A DNA stretch of 44,290 bases, filler included, from Jimgerdemannia flammicorona (GCA_003990765.1; 2 parts of 2 records of this genome joined end to end with filler, not necessarily neighbours in it); one strand, 5' to 3'; counted from the first letter of the whole stretch, positions 24,160-37,000 are shown. The notes: a model not told the origin generated them from the sequence alone. Numbers and translations: made by a program.

Positions 24160-24470
24160 GTGGGGCAGGGTTGGCAGCCCCAAGCTGCCAGTGCCTGGGT
24201 CGGTGGGCAGGTCGGCGGAGGGAGCGCGCAAAATTTGCAGCCCTCCGCCGGCAGCAAGGGGCAGCTCCAAGCCGCAATTGTCTGGGTCAGGGGGGGAGGC
24301 GGAGGGAGTGCACAAAATTTGCGGCTCTCTGCCAGCAGCGAGGGGCAGCCCCAAGCTGTCAGTGCCCAGGTCAGTGGGCAGGTCGGTTGGTGGGCAGGGC
24401 AGGCGGAGGGAGCATGCAAAATTTGCGGCCCTCCGCCAGCGACATAGGGGCAGCCCCAAGCCGCCAAGGA
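24160..24470. repeat. GC-rich array of three hairpin modules with shared spacers
   Basis: GGCGGAGGG-AG...CAAAATTTGC-CCCTCCGCC at 24214-24249, 24298-24333 and 24402-24437, alternating with GGGCAGCCCCAAGC. Confidence 0.8.
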
Positions 24471-24749
24471 GTCCGGGGCAGAGGGTGCTTCTGGTGGGTG
24501 GAGGGTGCTTCTGGCAGTCGGAGGGCATTTCCGGTGGTCGAAGTCGCCAGTTCGGGTCCCACGGGCACCCCGGCCCTATGCTGCAGCACTGCACTGGCAG
24601 CACTACAGAGCAGAGCTGAGGGGCTGGTAGGGCTCTATATAATGGCTAAGCTAGTGCTACATAAGAGGCGCCCAGCCCAACCCCCCCGTATAAGACTGCC
24701 CAACCTGTACAAAATGGCTGCCTAACCCTCACAAAAGATTGCCTAACCC

Positions 24750-26810
24750 TCACAAAAACTGCTCCACCCACCGGTCCCAGGCCTTGATGAGCCTGTCATC
24801 CATTGTGAGTGTAACGACTGTTGTGTCCGAGCTCTCTTCGAAGGCAATGGCACTGTGGTGATCATGTGGTTGGAATAGGATAGCCGTGTTGGCCGCAAAC
24901 AGGACCTCGAAACTGTAGGTGAGGTTGTACCAGACTCTGCCACTGTCCTCCCAGATTGGGCCCTTCCTTTCCGGGACGTAAAACATTACTGGGGTGACAT
25001 TGTTGTCTGTGTGTATGGGCAGAGAAAGGTTGCGCCTGACATATCCTGATGTGATGTGAGCGTACGGTTAGGTGAACCCTTGGCCCAGGACCTCATACTA
25101 CCAGGCTGTGCTGGTGGATACCTGCCCTTGGTCCAGCCCCAGGAGCTCCAGCTTGGAAACCTGCCAAAACGGACGGCAACCGGTCAGTCCTTTTTGCATT
25201 CGGGGGGCAGAAACCCCCCAGGCTGCAGAAACTCCCTGAACTGCAGCACCCCAAAAAAGCGGAGCTCCTCACCTCATATGGTATGCTAAATTGTGCCAAG
25301 AACGTACATACAGCCGTGCTGAGATCACCACCAAGCTGGCCTGCCGTACGCTCTACCAATCTGCTCAAAGAACCCCAGATTATAGCCGCCATCGCCGCAC
25401 AGGCCATGTCATGCTCACATGCAGTTTGCTCTTCAATGGCACTTCTAAAGTTCCAGTAGGGGTACAGAATCTTGTGTATCCCTGGAATTGTATCAAAAAG
25501 AGTATGTCAGCGAAGAGTGTGATTTATCTGGAGAGGAATTAAAAAAAAAGGGAGACAAGTGTAGGGGATTTCGGAACCCACCCTTTGCCAGTGTTGCAGT
25601 ATACCCAATTCCTGTCCAAACCCCCCCTCCTTGCTTTTTTCACCCCCTCTTCCCTGCCACCCGGTATTTGATGCAATCCTCGCAAATCTCGTTGATGTGG
25701 CGGCAAAGCTCATCACTGTAGAGGTTCCTTACCACCATCGCAACCACCTCTCCACATTCATTAATAAAGATATGATTCTCTTCATCGTTAGTTACTCCTG
25801 CTGGCCAATGGACCCCTTGGTCAAGTACAATTGGCTCTGATTCGAATATAGACCCCCAAGCCTTGATGACGATGCTGGTACTGCTCATGCTGAACATCTT
25901 GCCCTCGAATTTCTCTATTTGATCAGATGCCAGACATGGTTGAACTCGGGTAACTTTGAACTCTTCTTTCTACTAGAACTGAGCCCTGATCTGAGGGACC
26001 GAGATAAGTATGCAGATGGGTTGCGTGCGGGCAGGTTGCGTGTGGGCGGGTTGTAGGCAGGTTGCATGCGGGCGGGTTGCATGTGGGCGGGTGGGTTGCA
26101 TGCGGACAGGTTGCGTGCGGGTTGCATATGGGTGTGGGTGTTTTTTAGGGGGAGACCACATAAAAATAAAGTTAAATAAAACATGGAGATGGGTATTTCA
26201 GAAAAAGAGCGTGAGTGAGTGAGCTGCATGCCGATGAGTTGCATGCCGATGAGTTGCACGCTGACAAGTTGCACGAGTTGCATAAGAATTGCTCATGAAG
26301 GCTTACTTCTGTTCCTTTTGAGACCTCCGCCATGCAATGCATTGACTCAACAGCTCAGCCACCAAAGGCATGCCCCACAATGTCCACCAGCCTTTCTTCA
26401 TCTTGACCAGATGTTGTAAATAAAGTCAGCAGATCTCGCCATAGAGCTGTGGACCCTGAGAAAAGCACGAGATGAATTGGGTCATACTGGGAAAGTTTAA
26501 ATAAATAAACACAAGTAAACAAGTGGCAGCCGAGTGAGCAACCTACATCTACTATTGGCTGCTCCAAAAAGGCTGCCGCATACATAGCTGTGAGGTCTGT
26601 GAATTCCGAGGTCCAAAGGGCTGCCATGAGTTGTTGCTGGAATTCTCCCTCATCCCTGCCATCGCCATTGTCATTGCCACCGCCACTGCCACTGCCATCA
26701 CCCCTTTGGCTCTCGATGAGCAGCTTGTGTGCTGTCCATATGAGAAAGAATCTAACATTGTCAGCAGAGAGTGCGTTTCCACCTCGAATACTCCCTCTTT
26801 TGATGATCAT
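24750..26810 (-). pseudogene. Five-exon pseudogene (~490 codons) with a C-terminal candidate 2OG-Fe(II) dioxygenase (TET/JBP-like) domain
   Basis: Phase-consistent GT-AG model: exons 26810-26547, 26486-26307, 25990-25582, 25481-25273, 25160-24750. Motifs GGGVWTGIGY, NLSLPIHTD (HxD), ILFQPHDHH. Six in-frame stops, all explicable by C>T. The gene model is well supported; the family call is tentative. Confidence 0.55.
26015..26285. repeat. Short tandem repeats (GGTTGCRTGYGG and GAGTTGCATGCCGAT units) inside predicted intron 2
   Basis: Visible repeats at ~26015-26135 and ~26215-26283. Confidence 0.75.
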
Positions 26811-27009
26811 TGCAGGTGAAAAATGAGTAGACTGGACCAATGTACGAATTTAGGGCTGCTGTTTTGTTTGCTCGTGATGTGGCAAGAAAGAACAAAGAAA
26901 AAGAACAAAGAAAAGAGAGAGAACAAAGGAAAGGGTGATGTCACCAAAGTGCAGCAGAAAAAAAAAACAAGAGCAAAATGAATAAAAGAAAGAGTGATGT
27001 CACCAAAGA

Positions 27010-27233
27010 TTTCAATCTGAATGGATCAATCCAGATGGGTCAATCCGGATGGATCATCTGGATGGATCATCCGGATGGATCAATCCGGATGGATTAATCC
27101 AGATGGATCAATCCGGATCAATCCGGATCAATCCAGATCAGATCATGAGACCAATCCGAGTTGATTCGAATCCATCACATGACGAATCTGAATTGAATCT
27201 CATCCGGATCAACTCCATTCATTCGGAGCACTA
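27010..27233. repeat. hAT subterminal repeats (ATCCGGAT/GGATCA) and right TIR
   Basis: Dense ATCCGGAT/ATCCAGAT motifs ending in GGAGCACTA. Confidence 0.8.
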
Positions 27234-29219
27234 TATATATCTATAAAATACTAGTAGTTTTATATCTATCTTGTCTAGATATCTTGATTCAATTTATATA
27301 ATTGTTCAAATAGTAGCAGTTGTTTATTATTCAGCTTAAAAGTGAGAGATTTATCTTGAATCACTAGCCAATAGACACTAAGTTGTAATATAGTAGATAT
27401 ATAACTATATAAGTGTGTTGAATTTTTATATCTTAAAAACTTAATCTTCTTTGACTCTATAGAGTTCTTGGGATATAAGAGTGAGTAAGTTCAAAGTATA
27501 TCTGTCTGCAGACTTACTAGTTTCTTTACTTTCTCTTTGCTTTGAACTATTTTGATCTAAGGTTTATTCACTCTAAATACTGATGATATTTATATAAGTT
27601 TATTAGCTATAAGGTAGCTAAGTTATAACTATGTTTTCTGTAAATTACTTTCTACAAATATAGATTCTCTATATCTATAAAATATCTATATTTGTAAAGT
27701 TTCTACATTTGTAAAATATGACTACTATTTGTAAGACTATACTATATTTGGGAATTAGATTCAGATACTATAATCAAATATCTATTCTCCTAATTTATAT
27801 TTCTAATTTAGATCAATTATCATAGTATGTAAAGAAGACTTTTTTAACTGAGCTAAACTAACTCTACTGAGCTTTATTCACTCTAAAATACTGGGTTATT
27901 TATACAAATTTGTATACTAATTCTGCTACTAAATATATAGCTAAGTATCAAGTCTTTTTATGTGAAATTTCTAGCAGAATTCCATCTGTATCTCAGATAA
28001 AATCTCATGTGAAATCCTATCTGAAATTTATAAAAGTAATAAGAGTTTTACTGATAATGTTTTAGATATAGTATCTATAGTAAAAGTAATTTCTACATTA
28101 TAATAAATCAGGAAATCAGATTCAGATATCATAATTAAATATCTATTCTCTTGATTCTTATTTCTATTTCATACTATGTATTAAATATATAGTTATTCTA
28201 TATAAGATATATTACTACTAAGTTATAATTTTTATTAGTAATTCTATTGTAAATTCTACTGATAATTTTAGTAAAAATTTTATTGAAACTTCTAATAACT
28301 TATTACTATATAATAAATTATTATATCCTTCTCTTTTTTAATAAAATCTATTTATTTAATTTTATATCAAACTTCAGATATTTATTAAATTGAAATATAA
28401 TATATTAGATAACTTAAAAAATAATATTACTCTAATATTTATTAGTTAAATTAGTAATATTTTTAGAGAATACTTCTTGAAGATAGTTAAGAACTTATAA
28501 TTAAATATATATAGTCTTTTTGTAATAATATAAGTATAGTTATCTATATAATATTTAAGAGGATATTTATACTTATCTTGTCAAAAATATAACTATTTTT
28601 GGAAAATTTTATTAGAATTTCTAATATATAGTATATTTATATATATAATCAAGTTGCTACTTTTTTTATATTTAATAGAATATTTTCTTCTTTTTTTTAG
28701 ATAGTATTATACTTTGAGTAATCTTTCTATTTTATAAGATAGTACTGAGTAAACTTGGTAGTTTATCTAAACATTAGTCTTTATATAATAAATTATTATA
28801 TATCTATAAGCTATTGAAAATTCTAATAGAATTTCCAACAAAAATTTCTATAAAAATTTCTATAGAAATTCTAACTAATAGTTATAAATATTGAATATAG
28901 TATAATTATATATAGATATATCTAATATACTATATTTAATTATAGCTTTAAATTTGTTTAAATACTCTCTATATTGAGTGTATTATAATCTTAGCTTCAC
29001 TTTTCTCAAATATAAAAATAAAGTAGTATTCTTATTATAAAACCCTCAGACCTGACTTATTAATAATTCTGAGTCTAATTAACTTAAGATATAAGTTTAC
29101 CAGTATAAGAATCTGAAAGTGATATTTAGACTATACTACTATAATAAATAATTAGAACTCAGTACTTTCTTATTAAAACTTAGAACTTAGAGCTAATAGT
29201 TATTTTTATTATCTATAAC

Positions 29220-29500
29220 TAGTGCTCTCAATAAATCAAAGATCTAATTTAATTCAAAATTTAATTTCAACTTTATTTTATTTTTTATTTTATTTTATTT
29301 TATTTTTTGAAATATAATAATTTAATAAAAATATATCTCAATTTAATGATCTTTAGCTTGTTAAATTCCCCTATATTAGAGAAATCTAATAAGCTAAATA
29401 TTGTTAAATTTAGATATATTTTTATCAAGTTATTATATTTTAAAAAATAGAATTTAAATTAGACTCTCAATTTAATTTAAATTTGATTTAATTTAAATAA
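29220..29500. mobile_element. Decayed relative of the hAT MITE
   Basis: Starts TAGTGCTCTCAATAAATCAAA and has the same central palindrome layout (AAATATAATAA...CTTGTTA...CTAATAAGCTAAA...GTTATTATATTTT). Right end not clear. Confidence 0.65.
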
Positions 29501-31304
29501 CCCAAGAAATAGCTCTTGTCAAAATTAACAGCCTCAATAATATCTATATAGCCCAAGTAGAGTTAGATCTTATAAATAACTTTATACTTGATCTTATAAG
29601 AACAAGATATTTAACTCTATCATTAATCTCTTCTAAGAATCAATTGCATAAGTCTCTATCTCTATCAGTATCTGGCCATCTGGCTACTCTGTTCTCTCCA
29701 ATATCAGACTAGTCTCTGACTGGTCTTCTATATCATCTGAGACTATAAGGTTAGAAACTAGCTCAAAAGAGCTAATCTGTTTCTTATCTCAGATGAAGAG
29801 TCTCTAACCCCTTATACAGAAGTCCATTACTATTATATAATATAATAAAACACTATACTATAAGTCTCAGTCGAAATCTAGAATAATTACTTCATAGTTA
29901 GTATATGAAAATAATATTATTAAATAGTATCATTATAACTTTATAATGACACTATTATAGTATAACTTTTATATTATTTATAGCAACTTTTTATTTTCTA
30001 TTTTTTAGCTAAAAGTTAGTCAATATTAAGAGACCTTCAAAATATATAAATACCTTTAGAGAAATGACTCAAGAACTTTCAGAATTTATAGAATATTGAA
30101 TAAAAGAATAATTAAGACTTAAGTCTATAATATATAAATAAGTCTCAGAATAATCTTCAATAGAAAGACTATATCTAAAATTAGATATTCTGAACTCTAT
30201 AAATACTTGAACTCTGAAGAATCTAAATATAATTCTCAGAACTAGACTATATCTAAAAAGAATATACTAAAAGACTTAAACTTTGAAGAACTAAAGTTTA
30301 TAATTATTAAATTATTATCTAAATCTATTAGAAGAAGACTAGATCAATTAGAAGTATAATAGACAGTACTTAGGCACTAAGATAGCCACTTTCTCAAGCT
30401 ACAGATATTTGATATAAGTATCTTTAAATTATTAAAATCAAGAATTATTAACTTAAAGAGTATAATTACTATAATAGTAAAGATATATTATTATAATTAG
30501 TAGCAGTAGAATCTATAAGCCAATCTGATATAAAACAAATAAAGAATTATTAAATAGTCTATAAGCTATTACTAAACATATACTCTAAAAAGTGACTAAG
30601 ATACTCTGGACTCTTAAATAAGAGAAAAATAGAATATAAGAACTATTGTTAACTGAGAAAGCTAATATAAAGAATAATAATAAGAACTTATTGAATATTC
30701 TGCTCAATATTTATATTCAGAATTCTGTAAACTATGTTTAGTATTAAGAAGAAATACAGATCTTCAAAAAAAGTTTTATAGACTTATATGACAATATATA
30801 TATAGAGTAGAAATACCTGAATCAGTTACTTAAGCAACAGAATAATTTCTTGAATTAATCTCTATTGAAATAAGAACTACTATTCTTTAGTAGATTAATT
30901 TCCCTTACTATTACTCTACTGAAAGAAAGAGCTATCTTTACTTCAGATATTTAAGTTATAAGACCAACTATATATAAGAATTATAAAGACTAGAAACTTC
31001 TGAGACAACTATTTAAAAAATTCTATAAAAAGAACAATCTATTTTGATACCCAATAAGAATCAGACATCTCTTCTGTACTTAGTTCAGAAAGAGACCAAA
31101 TAGAATATTTATCTACTAGATAACAGATACTAATAGGAAGACAACTTCTAGAATTAACAAGCCTAGAACCTAGTGTAAATTTACTATATAGAAGCTAGAG
31201 AATTACTTAAGACCCTTATCTCAGAACTTTATATATCTTCACACTTAGTATCTATTTCTCACTCAAGACTAGAACTTGAACCAAAAGATAGATATTTAGA
31301 TTTT

Positions 31305-32468
31305 ATATATCTTTCTTTGCTATCTTATCAGTTATAATAGTTTGGTAGATAATTTTTTAAGTCTATTTTTCACAACTAATATCTCCTCTATCTTAAATTA
31401 GTTTACTATATCTATTACAAAATAGTGAAAGAGAGGCAATAGTAATGAGTTGTCCCTTTATTGATATCAGATTGATATCTTCTCTACTTTTTTATAGTTT
31501 TTAGTATCTTTAGCTATATCTGGAGTATACTTATTTTAATATAATGCCTTCTTTCTTTTGTTATTATCAATAAGGTATCATCTTAGTATATTATAGATTA
31601 TATAGAGAGTCAGCTAATCTTAGACATCAGATACTTAGTATAGATTATCTGTAGATCCTCAGTATTTATGGTGGGATCCTTTGACTTTCGTGAGCTTCTC
31701 AGTGAGCATAGTTCTGATATAGATAATTGTTTTTTTTGAGTAATATCAAAATGAAAGAGGAGATAACTATCACAGATAAGAGAAAGAGTAATAATGATAG
31801 ATCAGTAGAGTATCAGACTAGGGGTAGTTATTAAGGCTGAGACAGATACTACTTTGGTGGGGTTTTTTGATTGATGTAGAGTAGTTAGATAGTAAGTATC
31901 ACTCTCAGCTACTTTTGATAATTCATAAGATTGGGCCCTAGTTATTAGAGATAGTTGAGCTATCTAGATCAGATATCTTGGCTACACTCAACTAGAACTG
32001 AGAGCTGATATAACAATATGATTAAGGCCTGCAGACTTGAGTAGTAGGATATTAGTGGTCTTCTTCTATCTTATATATAAGTCTTCTACTTATATATCTC
32101 ACTTGGAAGAACTAGGCCCTATCTACTATCTGTACTTTGAGGAGAGTTTTTTCTTTATCTATTATTTCTACTTAGGACGGCAGAAGTTATTCTATTTAGC
32201 TCAAGTATGGCCTTATATATACATTGAAGTTTCAGATATATGCTTTCAGTCATTGATATATAGTTGAGTTCTCTCTAATAGTAGAAAGAGCATAATATAC
32301 AAAATGAGATATAGGTTATATTAGACTCTACTATATCTAGTATAGTCAAGTTACTAGATAATAACTAGTCTAAATTCAATAAGAGAGCAGTGCTTGATGG
32401 ATGGTGAGAGAGAGTTTTGGTCTATATAGTCTAGGTTCTCTTCTAATAAAAATCTGTGGAACTTTGAG

Positions 32469-32509
<41 letters not shown>
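31305..32509 (+). mobile_element. Poly(A)-tailed element, copy 2, heavily C>T/G>A mutated
   Basis: Aligns to 20928-22101; 36-nt poly(A); ~14-bp TSD GATATTTAGATTTT (31291-31304) / GACATTTAGATTCT (32510-32523). Confidence 0.82.
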
Positions 32510-32511
<2 letters not shown>

Positions 32512-34091
32512 CATTTAGATTCTGAATCTAAACTATCAGTAGAAGATCTTTCTGAAATAAAAAGACTACCAGATATATTATCTAAAGAGAAGGAGAAAGC
32601 AATAGATTCTTTAGAAGAAAAAGATCTTAAAAGACTTTTTAAAGAAAGCTCTGAAGACTTAGATAAAACTTTTAAAGAACTAGAGTTTATGCCTAACCCA
32701 AGTTATTATTATTATTAGTTATTATTGAAAATTATTTTTACTAAATTATATTAAAGATATTATTATATAGTATTAATGTTAAAATATAGATATTAATATA
32801 GATATTATTTTCTTTTAATTATATATTTTAAGAGATAACTATATATTACTTATAAGAATTCTATAGTTTACTATATATATATTATTTTATTATATTAGCT
32901 TACTATAAGTAGTACTTTTAATAAATTGATTTAATTTATTTAAGAGTACTAACTATGAGTAGAGGTTTCAATCCTTGCATTGAGATCTTACTCTTCTCCT
33001 TTTGAAATAGAATGATATCAGATAGATATATTTAATATTGTTTACATTCAGACATAGTGCTGCTGCCCCCAGGGCTATCAACTACAAGATGAAACCCAGC
33101 AATCTCACCATCAATATAACCAATGGCTGGCCTTACCTGCTACCAGCTACCTGTAGTCTGGGAAGGTTAGGTTGGCGTGTACTGTTTGGAACGTTGCTGT
33201 GGCAGTTGGTCTCACAATAAAAATGCACCCCAGGAGTGATTGGTGAATGTACGAATCTGAATCTGGTAAACTGACATTTATGAGTTATAGTTATTATCTA
33301 TATGTATAAGATTTGCTTCTCTTCTGCGCATTTCGTAACATAGATTTTTAAAACGAAGAGGTTTGCAGATACCATTGTTAAGCAGGTCACATACACATAC
33401 GAGTTGGGTCGTCACCTATCAAATATGGATCGCAACAACTCTCTAATGATTTATCGCCCAACGACAGGATCCGCACATACAATTCCCACACACCCCCGAG
33501 TTCCCATAATCAACTCCCGATCTGTGACTGACGACGCATCATAGCAACTGAAGCCATTTAAATTGCTTTTTATTTGAAGACTGTCAGTGTGCCTTTGACT
33601 TGTGCAAAGCTAATTATGCATCGTTCAAAATCTGATCTTTCTATTAGTTATAGATGGATATGAATTTGATTATTCAATGTCCACGTCACAAATAACAAAG
33701 AAAGGTAAGCTCTATATCAGCGTAGCATCATGCATGTAATAAGCTACGCTTGTTGGATCAATCCGCCTGCGAAGAATGCAGATCGGGAGCAGCCGTGTGG
33801 GCTTTGAGTGACATTTCCATTCTATCGGAGATGTCGCAACCCAGATTGGGTGGCTGCACCCGGATTGGGTGGCTGCACATCACCGTCAAGGAGCAGTCCC
33901 ATCTCGTCGAAAAATTTTGATGTCCTATTCGAAACTCAGATCGCTTCATTGTTCCATTCCCCTTTCTTCTCCACGCCGTCCACACTGAACCGGCTCTCTA
34001 AGGTACCTATCTTCCGACTTCGTGCTTGCACCACATCCTTGTCCTCGTACATTAAACCTCCCAGGTCTTGTCCGTCATAGGAACAAAAATC

Positions 34092-37000
34092 ATGCCGGTA
34101 GCTGAGAAAGACAACGCCGTCGCCACCGCGGCGAAAAAGACGACCGTGGCCGACGCGACCAAGGAAGAGGAGGAGCAGCAAGTCGCGACCACGGATGGAG
34201 AGGAACAAGCCGCGCAACTTGCGGAGGGCATAGGTAGGTATCTCAAACGTCAAGTGACAAGAGTGAACTATTTTATACGTCGCGTTGTTTTGAGCGCACG
34301 TCGTGGGATTGTGTGACGAGTTACCCGTATGGATTGTTGGTGAGAATTTGTAGCGCTATGGTTGTTTGGAATACGATGGAAAAGTGGGCTGTGATATGGT
34401 GTCACATTTCGATGTGCCTTTGGGGTTCCGATCTGATGATGGCGAGATGCTTTTACCGTTCTAACATGCTTTTTGCAAATGCGCTCCCCTTGTCCATTTA
34501 TTCCCTCATTCTGAAGTCGCCGACGAGTCCTACCAGCTCACCATCATCCTTCCCCGCGAACCCGGCAGGGTCCAAGTCATAGTATGTGCACACTCATTAC
34601 ATAACTTTGCCTCATCTATTCCGATACACAGATTCTAATTTGCTTGTTTTGTACCATCACAGGCGAGTCCCCGAGAGGCTATCCACGACATCAAGCAGTC
34701 CATTATCGAATCTCCCGAAACGTGCATTTACTCGTGCTTCTATCTGTCCTACAAGGGAGTCCGCCTGAATGATTTCATGGATCTGGGTGAGATCGAAGGG
34801 GTGACCCCCCAGAGTGAGTTCGAGCTTATTGAAGGTAAGCCCGGGGGTAATTGAGAGATTTTTTGTTTCAATGTCGGCATTGCATAATGAATTATACTAC
34901 AGAGGTTTTTCATCGCACATTTCATGATTCATCCAATTGTTGATCCGATGGACCAAACGGCCTCCTTCTAATCAATTGTTCATTCTTTCTGTGCAACCAG
35001 ACGTCTACACGGAGCGCGATGCTCGCATCCACATCAATCGCCTCCGCGACCTCATGGCGGGCCCGCACAAGCAGAGCCCCAACGCCATCGGTATCGATGC
35101 CGGCCTGTCTTTCTTGACGGCAGTGACAGGAACCGTAGGTGAGTGAACGCCATCCACGGTTTGGCATAGTTTTCTGACTAAATGAATGCGCTTCATGCCA
35201 TCGATTCTCCATTACGTTTTCTCACCTCTCCACATTTTCGCTCACACCCCCGTACTCTGTCTTGATCCGCATCAGTGGAGGAAACGATCGAATCGCCCAA
35301 GGACGGTGAGAAAGCTCCCGAGACGGCGTTCACGGGGTACGATCTCAAGGCACCCGCGGCGCTTTCAAAGTTCGTCCCAGTGTCGTTTGAGCGTCATCCG
35401 CCGCAATGCCTCAAGAGTCTGGCTCTGTCGGGATGGAACTCGCCACCGCATTATTTGAGATTGAGAGGTATGTAGAACAGGCATAGAAAAGAATGGTTTG
35501 GATAAAGGTTATGGCGAAATATAGCAACAAACAATTTGACGGACAACTTCTAACGCGTTTGTTTCACACAAAAAGGCGAACTTCTCTACCTCGTTGTGAC
35601 GACGCTTGAGAATGAGACCGTGCACATAACCTCCGCCACCACGGGCTTCTTCGTCAATCGGTCGACAAACAACCAGTTCGACCCGGCACCCAAGCCCTCG
35701 ACGACGGACAAGCCTCTCCGGGCACACTCGCTCATCACGCTTCTGCAAAGCGTCTCGGCGCAGTTCGCTACGCAGTTCACGCTCCTTCAGAAGTTCATTA
35801 CGGACCACCAGATGCTCGAGGTTCTCCCCGTCAATACTTACCCGCCTGCACACCCATGGGCCGTGACGCGCACACCCCACACCTACGATCCGACCCGCCC
35901 AGCCGACAGTTACCTCAACTTCGGCACCGACACCGTCGACTCACTGCACGACTGGAACGACGAGCTGCAATCGCACCGCGAGCTACCCAGAGGGGACTTA
36001 CAGGAACGAGTCCTCCGCGAGCGCCTCATCAACAAGATCCAGGCTGATTTCGCCGATGCGGCCGTCCGAGGTGCCATACAGGTCGTTGCTGGTGCTGTCG
36101 TTCCACTTAACCCGACCGACCCGCCGGAGTCGTACATGTACCTGTACAACAACATCTTTTTCTCAAAGGGATCGGATGGTCGCGGCACGTTCGAGGCTTT
36201 AGGTGGGGACGAAGCGGCCCATGTGGCTACGGGGAAGGATCTTGAGGGCGTCAAGACGCTGAATGGCGCCGATATCGAGGGGTTATATACGCTGGGGAGC
36301 GTCATTGTGGATTATAAGGGCGTAAGAGTCGTGGCGCAGAGTATTGTTCCCGGTACGGTTCCTTCTTTTATACCGTGTTTATGGGATTGGCTGTTTCATT
36401 TTGGAACGGAAGCAATTAAGAATACATGAGCGCGAAAAGCAATCATCATATACAAGGTCAGACCGGGGATGCCTTTAATAAAGCAAATCAAGCGAATATT
36501 TTCTCACTATACTTGCACCCCAAATTTTAGGCATCTTCCGCCGCCAGGACGAGAACTCGATTATCTACGGCTCCGTCGACAACGGCACGGTCATCAGCGC
36601 GGACCCCAAATTCCACGAGCTAGTGGGGCAGGCGGCCAAGTCGCTACACCTCGCCGAACACAGTGTCTTCGACGCCGAGGGTAAGAAGGTGAATCTGTAT
36701 ACGTCGGTCGAGACTAAGGGCCTGCTCGGTGCCGACGGCCGCCGCTATCTGCTCGACTTGTACCGTCTGCACCCTGTCGACGTCGAATTCCAGGAGGCCG
36801 AGTGCGTGGCCACGGAAGGCGAAGGCGAAGGTAAGGGTGCGACGCCGGCCTACCCGCACAAGATGACGTTACTCAGACCCGAGCTCATGGACCTATTCTG
36901 GGATAGCAAATTCCGCGCATGGGTAAAGGAGAAAGCGACCGCGTTGGCGGAGAAGAAGGCAAAGGCGACGGAAGCGGAGAAGAAGGAGGGAGAGACGAAG

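Larger units (their letters stand above)
22202..27233 (+). mobile_element. hAT DNA transposon (left end lost in the gap) with transposase and a convergent cargo gene
   Basis: hAT transposase at left. The right end ATTCATTCGGAGCACTA is preceded by ATCCGGAT subterminal repeats, matches the MITE TIR, and is followed by a sharp switch to AT-rich DNA. Confidence 0.72.
27234..33040. other. Hyper-mutated AT-rich zone of TE relics
   Basis: Almost no ORFs, near absence of CG, and abundant TA. Contains recognisable decayed copies of the MITE and of the poly(A) element. Confidence 0.85.

Noticed and set aside
24160..24470. CRISPR-like repeat/spacer appearance
   Set aside because: Eukaryotic context, spacers are themselves repeated, and no cas genes.
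24011..24725. Several overlapping ORFs on both strands
   Set aside because: Produced by stop-poor GC-rich repeats.
24720..24758. CCTAACCCT resembling a telomeric repeat
   Set aside because: Only a 21-bp local tandem duplication, not an array.
30000..31290. Relic plus-strand reading frame in the AT-rich zone
   Set aside because: Too mutated to assign a family.
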